From Marsupella aquatica (Eukaryota; Plantae; Marchantiophyta), in contig OZ316897.1 in NCBI GenBank assembly GCA_973895155.1, positions 4,729,976-4,793,975 of the forward strand: a DNA stretch of 64,000 nt, in the 5' to 3' direction. The notes below the pieces were generated by a model, which did no database searches, was not told the origin of the DNA, and saw only the letters and a program-made list of their open reading frames with translations. Shown here piece after piece: positions 39,114 to 52,848 of the stretch (position 1 is its first letter; every line of letters starts with the position of its first letter). Made by a program: the position numbers and the translations under genes.

Positions 39114-42100
39114 TGTGCAGCATTTTTATTCCATTTATTTCTTTGAATCACTATTTTAATATATTTGAATACGATGCTATAGCTGCTATTTGATAAACCA
39201 TTTAAATTAATTGGTAGTTTACATAGGGTACAATTGACATTATTGTCAATAAGTTAAAATAGCTGTGTCTTAGAATGAGCATGCTATACAGGGGAAGTTG
39301 TGGTTTAAGTATAATAAAAACATTGGCACTATTGTCAATCAGAATATCTTCAATGGCAAAGCAGTTAAAAGTTGTTCTATTTTAACTACCTAGAAAATGA
39401 AAAACATATATAAGGGTACTCTTAAATGTAAACTTTACAAGAACAAGAAGACCATCAAAAATAAGCTGCAGTTTTTGCCTTGAAACCCATAGAAGGTCCA
39501 CCTACCAGTAGACAATCATCATTGAAGCATGCAACATTATTGGGCAGCTCACAAGGGGGATTATACCAAGGGATCTAGCAGATGACCTACCAGAAGGGAG
39601 AGTGACGGTTGATATCAAGGTCCCAACGTGGCCAACCAGATTTCCAGGAGATAACCATTTCTCTAATATACAAATCCAATCCCCCCACACATATGTCTCT
39701 CAACCCGTGCTGTTTAGAGGGGGGATTGTGTAGGTTAAACCCATGATCTCGAAGTGGTTAAAGAGGCCAAGATTATCCAGCACAGACCCAAAGAGGCCAT
39801 GGATTATCACACAGAGCCCCCAAATGTTGTTGTTGCTGGCCACAGGATTATGGTTGGGAAAAGTGAACGAAACTACGAAGGACAAAATACGCTAGGGATG
39901 TACCAACCTCGAGGCTCATCCCCAGATCCCCTGGCCAACTCATAGAAGCACAGTTATGCTCGACGCCATTCTCACTACCACGGTGTCATTCTGCGTGCCG
40001 GCAGCGCACGACATGGAATGCCATAGAAAGTTGCCACAAGTTCTCATTGGTATATTTGTGCGATGCGATAAACTGGCGAGTTTTGCGTCCCACCGTCGGC
40101 GGGGCATTCTTCGTGTACTCCTTTCCATTTTCATTCCTGAAGGATTCTGGTAGGAAAAGCAAGGAAGCATTGCGGCGCTTTCTTCTTCATGTGTATTTTG
40201 AGTCAAACCTGTTTCAAAAGTGCAGGTCAGAATGAGTGGTTTTGACCACCATCCATTGATTGGTTGCAGCCGCAATTCTTTGTCAAGAGTCAATCTGTGA
40301 CACTGACATGAAACAGCTTCATTAGCAAAAACCTTTGATTCCACAGGAAATTTCACTCAGTTGGCCAGCCATCACCACACCACGGCACCACCTCAATGCA
40401 GAATCGCAGATGCAGGATAGCCATAATCATTATGTGCTGGAGAGATTTGTGAAGCTGGCTGGCTTGCTTAGCAGATTTGGGTCAACCCTTGGACCTTTGA
40501 CTTTCTGTTTCAGCTTTAAAGCTAACTTTCTCAAAGTGCACACACTTGCGGGAGTCCGGGACGAAGCATCCTGTGCACACTTAACGGGGGTTTGCACTTA
40601 TCACATAATGCAAACCCTAGAATTGCGCACATATTTGATAAACGTACACCTTCCATCAATTGCGCACTAGTATAAGAGTACTTCCATCAGTGGGCAGTCT
40701 CGTTACTCCCAATTCAAACTGTAGATCCTTGCTCAAAATTAGGTGTTCTACTCAGTGCATTTTCGCTACTGAAGAATGGCATGCACTTATCAGTAAATGC
40801 AATTTTGATGGGATTGTGCACTTATAATGATGTCATTCAGCAAAAGTATTTCATGACTTTCTGCACTTGCAAAAGGTCAGAAAGAGTGCAAACTCCTTGT
40901 AGAAAAAGGGGGGAAACAAGAATCATTGCAGTTAGCCAGGTTTGCACTTATGCAATGTGCACTTAGAGACCCGACTGCATTTCCTTCCTCCATTAGTATT
41001 GTAATCCATTTTTTTGGTTGCTGTCAGGCAGTCTTTTGCATGTTCAAAGCCTCACAGATTACACTAGATGGATGACACTCTGAGAATTTGCTTACTACTT
41101 TGATGGCAGATTATTCAGAATAACATCACATATTATTACATCTTATTTATAAAGAGTCAACTACAAGCTAGAGTGGGGGCCTAGGTTTCTAGATTGAAGT
41201 CTCTAGACCATAACTCCATGGCTCATCACGTGTATGGGAAAACTCATGAGTATGTTATATATCAAATGATAATCATGCATACTTTTTGTCATGATTTCTA
41301 TTTACATTAAAACAAGGTACACTTTGGCCCCACCATAACATATGTGCATAGAAAGATGGAGAGCATAAAAAAGAGTATGGTATGTTATATATAATTATTA
41401 AAATGATGACATGCATGATGAATGTTTATCATTTCATTGAAATATGAATAAAGAATATATTTTGGTGACATTTTTATTGTCCCCGCTCTACACATTCAAA
41501 GAACGAGTAGTCAAGGCTAGTATTTATTATATAAATGACAAAGGAATGATCGATACTTCTAATGAGGAGCACTAATGATTGTTTGACCTACACTTTGTGC
41601 AATATGTCTAAGTGGAGGCTTCCGGGAACAAGAAGACACCCTAAGCTTGCAGTTATCCATGTTATGTACTTCACCATTAATGCATGTTGCACTTCTCCAG
41701 ATATGTGTGTTAAACTTTCCAATAAATGCCAATGAAGTCACTTACGCACTTCCACAAATTTTTTGTCAAGTTATACGCATAGACTTCTGATACTGGATAA
41801 GTGCATGAAACTACAATGTGTAGTTGTCTGTTGCACTTTTCAATAAATTCTTCTAATATATGTGTTGTAGTCATTGATTAATGCATCTTTACTTTATAGA
41901 CTGGAAATGCCTTTATGTATTGGTCGTGTAGTGATGGGCAACCTGCACTTACAAATGGTGCATTTTTTGGTGCATTTTTTGGTGCATTTACAAAAGAATT
42001 TGCTGTATTATTGAGGGAGTACATGACGACCCTGCACTTACTCAGAGAATGCAGTTATACATGCTGCACTTATCCACTGTACACCGAAGTTTGACATGAC

Positions 42101-45100
42101 ACTGAGGCAGCTTGGCCAACCATTCCTATCCTCAAACTCACACACTCAAGCATCTAGCTTGACTATGAGCTCTACACAAGACTAATACCCAGCTTACACA
42201 TCACATAAGGCCGGTTTGATTGATTTAATGAAACTGGTTTTTGATCTCCCTTGTTTTTAATCTATTTGGAGTGCCAAGGATAAAAAAAAAAATCCCTAAA
42301 GTCCCTGGAAGTGCCATACTGGCACTGTCAGGCTGTCTGCTGCTACTGTCGTCGGCAGGCTGCCCCGGCCCTGGACCGATCACATTGAAATAATACTAGT
42401 CAGTGGAACAGGTATAGACCAATTGAAGTGGAGTATGCAAGTGTGAGGTTCAAATTTCACTTTTGCAACGAAGCTCTTTTGACATAAATACTACCCAAAA
42501 GTGATAGCTTTTGCCACTTAGAAAAAATGGCAAAATTTTGATTTGGATGGGCAGCAGAGGGTGCGCCTGTCATTAATGCATCCCAGGGACTTTTTGTGTC
42601 CGTGACTCTTGCTTGATCTCTTGTCCTGCACCTACTTTCACTAGACAACCAGATGTACCTCTGTGCTTTCCCTTGGTTTGGGAGATCAAATTCTCAAACC
42701 TGATTGTCTGCTGTAGCGGGCTCAATTCGAAAAAGCAAACCTTCATAAATTATTTGCCCACCCTCTGATTGTCTGTCTAAGGTATAGTTCAGTGGTATTT
42801 GGAAATTCTTTGACACATAGGATGTTGTTTCCAAATAGCAGTCCAATGTACAAATATATGATCGATTCTCAATAATACAACTTGTTAGAGCACTCCCACA
42901 TGTGTAAATATCTGATCCAAACTCAATAAACCAAACTCAATAATACAACCTGTTCCTTTGACTCGGGTGCCAACCCCCTTTTGTGGGTCACCCCTGTTGT
43001 ATGCTGGATTTTTGGATGAATTTCAATGAGTTTTTTCGAGGCAAAAAAAGAAAAATAATACAACTTAGAGCACTCCTGCCGGTGCACACCAAACAGCCCC
43101 GCCATCGGGGAGTTTAGAGAGGCGGTGAAGCACCTGTGTATCAAAGTTCATGAAGGGTCTGACAAGTTTCCCCACTTTTCCCACTTTTCAGTTTTGGTGG
43201 TTGGACACTAGGAATAGTTAGATTTCCCTTTCCTTACACACCACAGCAGACCATTAGCCAATTGCAGTTGTTGGGCAATCTTGGGCTGTGTCCCGCTAGC
43301 TTGTGGAGCACCGGACTGCCAGCCTTGGGAAGGAAAGATGTTGGGCTGTGATTCTAGGGTACACAGACCAGGGCACGGTGGGGGTTACAAAACTGAGCTC
43401 GCTGGTTGGCCTTGCTATACTCACTCCCAGTGATGGGTGTAACACATCACATGCAGAAATTACTCTAAAAATATATGGGGTAACATGCCTTCCCCACCAG
43501 TTCTTTAGTGTGAGGGCTTTTGTAACAACATAGTATGGGGTTTGGAGATTAGCAAGGTTAGAAACGTCATCCTGAAAACAAGGTAGTGCTCTCTGGCTTG
43601 GACACAGAGGATGGGGCGTACAGAGACATAAGATCCAAACTCAATCTTGGATGTTGGGATTTAGAAGCTGTTGTCACACCAAAACCCTAAAAAATCAAAA
43701 AATCAAAGAAGGATTCACGGAACAGCAAGCAAAGGATGGTCATGTACAAGACAAGACGGCTGAAAGTCAAAGGCCAGGAAGTGCCCGCTGGGCTTGGACA
43801 AGGGGAACCTGCAAGTGGGTTGGAACTGTACCTATTGCTGATTTAAGACATAATATCAAGGTCTAAGTGGATGCATGCCGACATTTGCAGAATGATTATT
43901 TAGCGTTATTTACACCCTCACAACAAAACACAAAAGTTCCGTGCAAGACAAGAAAACAGCAAGAAAACAACCAGGAAAACAGATTTCTTCATTCCCTCTT
44001 TGAGACTTAGGATGAAATTAAGAGAAATAATGAATTGGATGATCTCACGACATTACGAAATGAATATCTGGATGACAAAATGAGGAGACTTTTTGAGGGT
44101 TTGCCCTTCTAGCATTGTGTACCGTTCCTCAAAGATTTTTCCGTTTCTCAAAGAAGAATTTGAGGCAACGGAAAGAGAAAATCTACAATATAATTCTAAA
44201 TTCAGCAGGATTACATTAAACTGAGATTTGTAGTACAAATCTGTCAGTAGTTTTTTCACGTCCGTCCTTTCAATGCCAATTGTAATCTTCTCTCTGGGCT
44301 GGTCCATCTGGATTCTGGTGCAGCATGAATGGATTGACGTACCTTCTCAGCATCCGCATTATAAACCTTTGAAAGGAATTGACCATAATATTTTAAGCTA
44401 TGGTCTCAGTCTAAATTTGTACTTCCATTGGGGTTCTCGAGAAACAGTAGCCAATCTGTTCAGGATGTCAATGCTCACAAATTCCCCAATCGAGGGCTGA
44501 GCGATCGACACCCAGGTCTTGCTCAGACGAACACAATCGAAGAGGAGTATATGATCGAGGGCTGAAAGATTGACACCCATGCTCGTTCAGACGAACGCAT
44601 TAAAAATTGAACAGGGAGTCTATCTATGAGGTCCGTTTGCGCTGCATGCAAAATGTGCATGAGCACTTGTCGTGTGGCTTCCTTCGTGGGCCCCTCTCCG
44701 TCTCTAAGTCTATTGGTCTCTCCCTCTTCTTCCTGTTTTGTCTCTCAGTCCTGTCGTCTCTGTTTTGTCTGCGAACCTTGGGAGGGGAACAAACCGAGAG
44801 ACATGCCCGAAGGTTTTACTAACCTTGACACGAGAATCACGCAAGCTGGTGTAATCACAGGCACACCGGCCCCGAGCTGCTGTCGTCTGGAATCGCTCTA
44901 ACCTGTCACCGACCTTATTACTCACAAGCTAGCCATGCTGAAGAGGAGCTGCAAAACTTGGATCCTACAGTGTGCAGCCAGAGTGTGACATACCTGGCAC
45001 AGGTTGTAAAGCACATGGAATTTGGCAGAGGCCGCCCTTAACAAACGCGTCTTAAGAGTGAAATAATACTGTCTTGTTAGATGGGACCTGGGCGTATATC

Positions 45101-45679
45101 GTCACCTTCGCTGATCTGCTGACGCTTCCGTTCTTGAGCACTGTTTAAACACATGGAAAATCCTTCCTTTTTGCGTGTACCTGAAAGCCGTGTATTTCTA
45201 GAGCGGGGGGGCTCGTTGCACGCTGGTAAGTTTAGCATGGAACACATTCGGGGAATAATCGTGGTCTTTCTCGAAGGGTATCTGTAGAGCAAAGCCACGA
45301 CAAAGCATGCCGTACGCTCACCGTTGGCTCACACCCGGGCCGGGCATGCTCTTCTAGCTACCCCAGGCATTGCACTCAATAGGACATTGGTGCCATCATA
45401 CAGTGCTAAATTTGCAGATGTCGAAGGTACGGCACCGGGACCTGTACTGGCCTAGAGAAGTTTTCAAAGCTAAATGTTTAAACGACCTCCATCTCCATGA
45501 AGAACTTATATCATGTCCCTGATAGAAGCACGGACGCTGTTTAAATATTTTACTGGCTAGAAGGTCGGTGGTAAATGAGACTCACAATTTGAATAGTTTA
45601 CAGAAAAAGGGTGGCCAGGGTTCAAGAAATGTCGACGTCATCTGTTCAAAGGCTCGCCCAATAAGCTGTTTCAACCTTC

Positions 45680-45687
45680 TATTTAAA
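45680..45687 (+). promoter_or_regulatory. Candidate TATA box (TATTTAAA) of the secreted-precursor gene
   Basis: cTATTTAAAc lies ~170 bp upstream of the ATG at 45853. Confidence 0.45.
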
Positions 45688-45852
45688 CGCAGCTACTGGC
45701 ACCACTCTCTGCACTGAGCTGATTATTGCTGTCAATCCTTAGAAGAAGCTGCTGTACTCGTCTGGTGTCACTTGTTGACAGCCACATTCTGTCTGTTCTG
45801 TTGCACAACATTTACTGAGAAACGTAGGCAATCATTGCAATTTTCAAGCAGC

Positions 45853-48442
45853 ATGTCTTCCTCATCATACCGTAGAATCATGGATCCTTTGGCCTCTTCT
45901 CACACAGCGGGCTCGCGCACTGGAAAATGCCTTCTAGTTGTGTTCTTCGTTCTTGTACTCTTCTGTCACAGCATTGTGGCCATTGCAGTTGCATCAGACT
46001 CCGGAAATCTTCAAGGTACCGGCAAATTTTGTAACCTCTGTCTGAATTGAGTACACGGGTTGATCGATGTACCTAGGTCGATGATGTCCGATTCGTTCTT
46101 AGCAGCAGACTGAATCACGAGTAGCGGCCTTTGACAATCGATTGTAAGGTTGAACGTGCGCTTCGAATTGTCAAGCGATCGTGATCGTCCCATATCGATT
46201 CGTTTGGGCGATGGTTTGGCCTACTGCACCAATCATCTCGATCAGGTCGCATTTCAAAGTAGCTAGAAAGATTAGTATTTTCGACCAATTTCGCGCTACT
46301 TGTTCTTCGCATTGTTGTGTATATATCATCGGAGTAGCCGTAAAGTCCGATACTGAGTGTTCTGACTGGGACGGTATGATATTCTGATAGGTGCTGCCAT
46401 TAAAATTTTTTTGGAGCCTTTGTAGAGTTTTTAAAATATGATCTTATGATTCAATGCATTCAAGAAAGTTGAATGTAGCATTCGTCCGTCTCTTCAAATA
46501 ATTTACGCCTCGATCGCGATTCGTCGCCTGTCCTTTTGAATCGTTTCCTACACAATCGCAAGGCAGGATTTAGACGTTCCTGATGTGGTTTCGACAAGTA
46601 AATATTGATCGAGGAGAGCGCTGAGATTCCTTTTGCTGCAAATCATCAGCATGCATTGTAATTAGGCTGTGCTTTTAGAATAACTTCCATCGCATATATT
46701 GTCAAATGTGTTACAGTAGTTCCTGAGTTCCTACACACTTCTTACATCGCCGTCCGCAGTATTGGCCATGTCAAGTCCCACTCTCCTGTCTAGGTTCTTA
46801 GTGCTGAATTTGGTTTGAAACCTTGCTGCCTGATCAAGTAAGAGTTTCTCATCCATTTGAGCTCCAGCTAGCTACCAATTTCGCGGCAGAAAGTGGATCC
46901 GATTCGTCGAGCACGTGTAGCTCAAGCTGCACTTCGTTGCATTGACTATGCCTTACAGTGCATTATAAGCTTTAGCGGGTGCTGGTGGTCTATCCAGATA
47001 CCTCTTAGGTAATGATTGATGATCGTGATCCGAACCATTCGGCTGTACTCTGCAAATTACAGGACTTCCTAGTCGGATACGGGAAGTAACTGTGTATTTC
47101 GTCAAGTTCAGCAAAGGAATTCTCATGTGATGGGTACAATGCTCTGTGGACATGTACACAATGGTCTGTTTGACTCGTCTCCCTGAACCACACCGTCTCG
47201 TAGCTGCACAGAATTCTAAATGCAGCTTCTCTGGATCATTATGAATGCAGGGGTGGACGGTGTTTCTAAAGATTTCTTGGCAAGGCTTCGAATTCGGGGT
47301 GAGAAGGCTAGACAAAACGGTAACTTTTTGCCTCCTTAGCCAAATTGATGTGATCAACCAGAATTTGAATTTCACAGCACAGGACAGCAAATGTTTTCCA
47401 GATGAATTCTTAGCTACCAAATACGTACGATTTCTTTCGCTAATAATGGAACGAATTTCCTGACTTTCCAGATCGAATTGGGTCGGAGGGAAGAGCACAG
47501 GCTGAGGTCATGCCCCCTGCTATTGGCATGCGTCGGGTGGAGGGATGTACAAGGACCCTGGACGATGTCTCTCCTCCAGGGACGTGGCATACGCCTAACG
47601 GCCAAGATGACGTTCCTCCAGTTGTCGCCGAAGACACGTCGGAGCAAACTAAGCACAAAGATTGGCACCTCAGCACTATCTCCGGGAGAGTTATTGTCCC
47701 TGACGCTGACAGCACTTCTCCGGATACCGTCGGAAGTGAAACGGAGTCAATCATTTTTCAGCAAAAATTTCGTGTAGTAGAACCCAGATTTCGTAGGAGA
47801 AGCCTGCTGCAGGGAGACATTTCCCCTCCAGGAATGTGGCCAGATTCTGACGATGACGAGAGCCAGCTTTCTGAATCTGTGCTACTACGGGGACGAAGAC
47901 TAATGAATAAGTGAGCATCCTGTCTTTGGAAGGTGACGAGCAACGGAAGTGCCTTTAAACGCTTCGAGCGATAAATTACAGTATAAGACACCATTTCGCT
48001 GCCCAGAGTGTTAATTACCGGATGGCGATCTGGACCATTTTTCCTAGTTTGCAATGCTTTATTTGGGTCGAAATTCTGACCGGCCATACCACTACTGTAC
48101 TGTTCCTTCGTAGCGCGCTCGGTAGCGCCGCGGCGCTAAGCCAGGACTGTTAAAACGACATGGCCAACGACCTGCGAAGAAATTTCCTGGCTGGGTTGGA
48201 TACTCCCCGTTAGCGGGTCGGCAGTACCAGTGTCAACTCGTGCATTGGTATCCTATAGACAGGAGTCCAGAGGTCCAGAGGATCACAGGATTGGCTACAG
48301 CAGTTCTGCAAGTGAGCATGAGAGCTTGCAGACTCTTGGTGAAACTACACAATCAAACATCATCGAAGCTGGACGTGAAGCACCGTACGAATTGTTTGCG
48401 CCCGAGTCGCTGACTCGCTTCCCTTCTTTGGAAACTACGTAG
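45853..48442 (+). CDS. Orphan secreted pre-pro-protein, candidate multi-copy peptide-hormone precursor (276 aa as 3 exons; 201 aa if intron 2 is retained, stop at 47914)
   Basis: Exon 1 45853-46015 (hydrophobic signal KCLLVVFFVLVLFCHSIVAIAVA, donor G|GTACC). Exon 2 47472-47910 (acceptor tttccag, donor AA|GTGAG). Exon 3 48214-48442 (acceptor ccccgttag). All phases match. Confidence 0.75.
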
Positions 48443-49013
48443 ATGTTTCTTGTACTCAGCACGCAACCTAGGAGCTTAGCCAGAGCCCCGCCCCGCCCAG
48501 CCCAGGTTGCCAGCCACTAGCTACTAGCTCTTGTAGCGTACTTTTACTTCATAGCAGATGACATTTGTACAAATATACGACAAGACAACATATCATAGCC
48601 TGCTGGGTTGCAGCTGGACGAGGAACTGAATCCTCGTTCGCGAATCCAAGCCCATACACATTAGTGCAGACTGACACCGTCTTGGATTTGAGATGAAAAT
48701 ATATTTGCCTAAACAAATGGCGAGCAATTCGAATAAAAGATTTTTTCTTCTCGACGTGCTGAAGAGTTACTTCGTTGCATTGTGTAGCAGTGGACTACAG
48801 ACTTGAGTTATTCAAGCAAAACATTGGTCATGCCAGACTTACATGAGATCTCTTTCTAGAGCATCAGCGGATCATGGAAAGATATTACTCTGTCTGGAAT
48901 CTAAACAAATATCTCTCTTTAGCCACCAGCTACTGTAACTCACGAGTGGTTGCTTTGAGCATCGGTGGAAGACGGGCATGACTCACATCCATCGTAAGCA
49001 GAGCAAACGAAAT

Positions 49014-49607
49014 ATTACTTTTGCCAGACCTGCGTGTGATTTGTTTCAGCAGGAGCGAAGACAGGGGTGACTTACTCTGTAACGAATTCAAACAAACCAT
49101 CTATTATCCGCTCTTAATAGACTAGACTGTAATTTCCTCGAGCAGATTTGAAGACGGGCGTGATTTTGAGTGTGAGCCAATGAAACTCTTCCAAGACTGC
49201 ATGCGATTTCTCTGAGCATATAAGTTGATGATGGGCACAATTTGTCATGTAAGTAATTCATACAGAAGCCAAACTTCCTTGGGAATTCTTTCATTGAGTG
49301 GTCGGGCATTACTTTTGCTAGACCTGAGTGCGATTTGTTTCAGCAGGAGCGAGGACGGGAGTGACTTACTCTGGAACGGATTCAAACAAACCATCTATTA
49401 TCCGCTCGTAATTAATAGACTAGCAATTTCTTCGAGCATGATTGGAAGACGGGTGTGAATTTTAGTGTGGGCCATTGAAACTCTTCCAAGACTGCATGTG
49501 ATTTTTCTGAGCGTATATATTGATGATGCCTGGGCAAATTTGTCATGTAAGTAATTCAGACAGAAGCAAACTTCCTTGGGAATTCTTTCATAGAGTGGCC
49601 GGGCATT
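49014..49607. repeat. ~295-bp tandem duplication
   Basis: 49014-49307 and 49308-49607 align end to end (attacttttgc.agacctg...gagtgg.cgggc). Confidence 0.9.
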
Positions 49608-50497
49608 GGTCATGGGCATGATTGCTAATTGTCAAACGGAATTCAGTACTCTGGAGGGTTGCTAGGGCATGTTCTATGGACGGTACACCTTCTCAAGTGT
49701 TTTTCCTTTGTACTTTAAAGCTTTTTAATAGGCTACCCCCAAAAGAGGGACTTATTACTATACTAACTCCAAACTATTTTTATTGTCATACTACCCCCCA
49801 AAATGTATATAAGTTTTTTAACCCTTATTCTCACCCACATAGTCAAGTGATTCCAATTGATTAAAAAAAACACTAATATTTTCATAAGTTTCAAAATTGA
49901 ATTAAAAATAACTTGTTATTCTTTACGGACCCCCATGAGAGGTCCCTTGTAAATTCCCTGCCACGAGGTTGCATCACATCAGCACAACCAGCCACAAATA
50001 GGACAGATCATATTTTTGACAGTAACAAAAACGCACATTCATGTTTATGGCAAAAGCAACGTAACTTTTGGGGTGCCATGCCATAAATATTAAATGTGAA
50101 AAAACCAGAATACAAAGGCAGAGATGTCATTTAGTAAAATAAAGTTACCATTCTGATATTCGTCAATGATATATCAATGTTTTACATCAATACTCTTATG
50201 TTTTTTAATTGTTTGCAAGTTTGAAAAAATAACCAATCAATAAAAATGTACATAATTAGAACCCCTTTGGCCCCACATTGTAAAAACTAAGTAGATAATC
50301 AATTTCCTTAGTACTTGATTAAATCTTTCAATGTTTGATTTATTGGAAAACTCAAGATCAAGAAACTCATGACCTCTTTAATACTATCTTCATCAAATTT
50401 GTCAATGTCAAACTCATTGGAAAGCTAGAGTAAAATTAGAAACTCATCATCTCCTTAGTACTTGACAAAATCTTTCAATGTTAGGTTCATTGGAAAG

Positions 50498-51935
50498 AGT
50501 GGTGGACCTTGTCACCCAGCGCCCTCACCAATCCCATCACCCACGCCTAAGTGCCCCTGGTGCCCAAACGCCTCCACGGAATACCTCGAGCAAGCAACCT
50601 AGTGCCCCTTGCACCACCAACGGCCCTTCCCATACGAAGCCGCACTTGCTCTCCAACATGACCGCTACTCAACGATCCTCACTGTCTGCACAAGCAACCA
50701 AGCGTCTCAGTAAGTCACCCTTCAAGATCTAGATCTCCCAAGTCTAGCATCCTAACTCAAGCTCAACAGGCATTGGTAAATAGGTCAGCGATAGGTCCTC
50801 CCGATGCCATAAGTCGGAACCAGAACCGACGCCCACTGTTTGTCCAGAACAACTTTTTCCTTGGGCGCAGCCCGGGTTCCCTCCCGTCCCTATCCATCAC
50901 CAATTGACCGCCCTACCCCTAGGACATGCTCATGCCCCAAATAGCGTAGCTTGTCCTAAAGCTTGTCCCTACACGTCGGGACCAGAATGGCCCCAACTTT
51001 AGCAACCAACTCCTGATTCTCGCCCCACTGATAAGCTAGGGGCCAAGTGCCCTTGGAACTCAACCTCCACGCCTACTTGGCCTTGCCTCCCCAATTCAAG
51101 CTCCCTTGAGAGATTGAACACGGCTTGGCTCCTATTTCGACAAGATTTGGCAAGCGGGTAAGATAGCACCCGTAAACCTTGAGAACCTATGGCGCCCCCA
51201 GACCTAGATGAGCTCAGGAAGATGTATCCCTCCTTGAGATCTTTCCAACACACCCAAGAAGGCCCCCAACGGACTTCTTGTTGGGAAGTTATCATCATTT
51301 CCGTTTGGCATTTTCCCTTAGTGTACGTCACGACCACCGCATCTCACAACTTTGGCTCGCCCTTAGCCCTCAGGGATGCACCATTCCTCTCATATATGCT
51401 TCTGGAGACCTGCCACCCCCGGACCAACTTTGGTCCCCAAATTTTGGCCCCCTACCTAGACCCCAACCCGCATGTCTGGGCGCGCCACCAACTGGCAACG
51501 CCCATAACTTCCTAGTTAGGCATCCACAAGCAGAGTGTCTTAGCCCGTTGTGATCTTGCCGACCCAATGCTCATGCCTAGGCCCTCAGATCTCATCGCCG
51601 ATCAGGGCCCCCGATCCGCCAAACCCAGATCGGGCCATAACTTGCGCCCCAAGCGTCCGTTGCCCATGGAGTCAACTCAATTGGCCTTGGGCCCAAGAGA
51701 AGCTCTCACTCAAGCCCTCCAAACTCAAAGTCCATCTGGGGGTCCGAACGGTTGACCTTGAGCCCGGCCCTTTTTCCCTTCAACCCAACCTGCTCTCAGC
51801 TAGTCTAAGTCCTTAGAGTGCGTCACCAGCTTGGCGCCTTGCCTTCGCCAGTGCCACGTCCCACTGCCCACAAGTCTTCCCATGCTAACTCTTCCCCGGA
51901 TGGCCTATCTGGGTTTGGACCATAAGGGAGCTCAG
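50498..51935 (-). mobile_element. Family Y copy
   Basis: Reverse complement of ~24370-25768. Begins at the conserved terminus agtggtggacc. Confidence 0.8.
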
Positions 51936-52084
51936 CTTTGTCGTGGGGATTCCCTTTAGAAGGCTAGAATCCGTATTGTATTATTTGAGTTTATGTGAAA
52001 AAGGTTTTACTTAAAAGCTTCATAGTAGTACTATTAGAGTATATATGTTACATTCTATATGCAATGTGTACATTCTACAATGGT

Positions 52085-52290
52085 ACATAGTAGTTTCACC
52101 ATTTACACATACTAGTTTTATCAACTATGCATAGTAATTCCACCAACTACGCATAGTAGTTCCACCAATTACGCGTAAAAATTTTACCAACTACGCATAG
52201 TAGTTGCACCAATTACGCATAGTAGTTCCACCAATTACGCGTAATAATTCCACCAACTACGCATAGTAGTTCCACCAACTATGAATAGTA
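52085..52290. repeat. 21-bp minisatellite (ttccaccaa.tacgcatagtag)
   Basis: About 9 tandem degenerate copies. Confidence 0.9.
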
Positions 52291-52848
52291 CTAGCACACT
52301 TATAAGTGCTTGACACTTATAAGTGCTTGATGCTTGTCACTTGGCTTTCATCCAAGGGTCAAGGCATCGATCCATGCCCTCTTGGAAATCATAAAGGGGC
52401 ACTATAAATAAAGTGAAGAGGAGCACACTCTCCTCATTCGTATTGTTTAATCTATCATGTTGGACTCGCAACACTGTAAGGAACTCTTCCCTCTCTTGTG
52501 CATATGTTTTGTTTATTATTTACATCCATGTTTGGGTACTAAGTTGATTGTTGGCCTTAGAACTATTTTATGTTTTGTGTTTATTAGTCTTGAGATCAAT
52601 TTAGTGTGCTTGTAATAAATAATATGATAAATAGAGTACCTAGAGTTTATCCCCCACCTGCTGTGTCATTTGTCAATCCTTTTTTAATTGAAATTCATTG
52701 TCTTAGCAAGCATACCATGAGAATGCATCTTCTTTATCATTTTGGGTTTGAGTTAAGGGAAACAGTTATGAATAGCAATGCACCATTTGTATACCCGATT
52801 GTTGTTTATGGAAATCAATGAAATGTAACTATTTTTATTTTATATTAG

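Noticed and set aside
39480-40360. Coding-like stretch with long, nearly open frames on both strands
   Set aside because: No recognisable domain in any frame and several stops. Probably a decayed TE gene; BLASTX would be needed.
46953-47498. 181-aa - strand ORF
   Set aside because: Non-ATG start, no domain features, and it lies antisense, almost entirely within intron 1 of the secreted-precursor gene.
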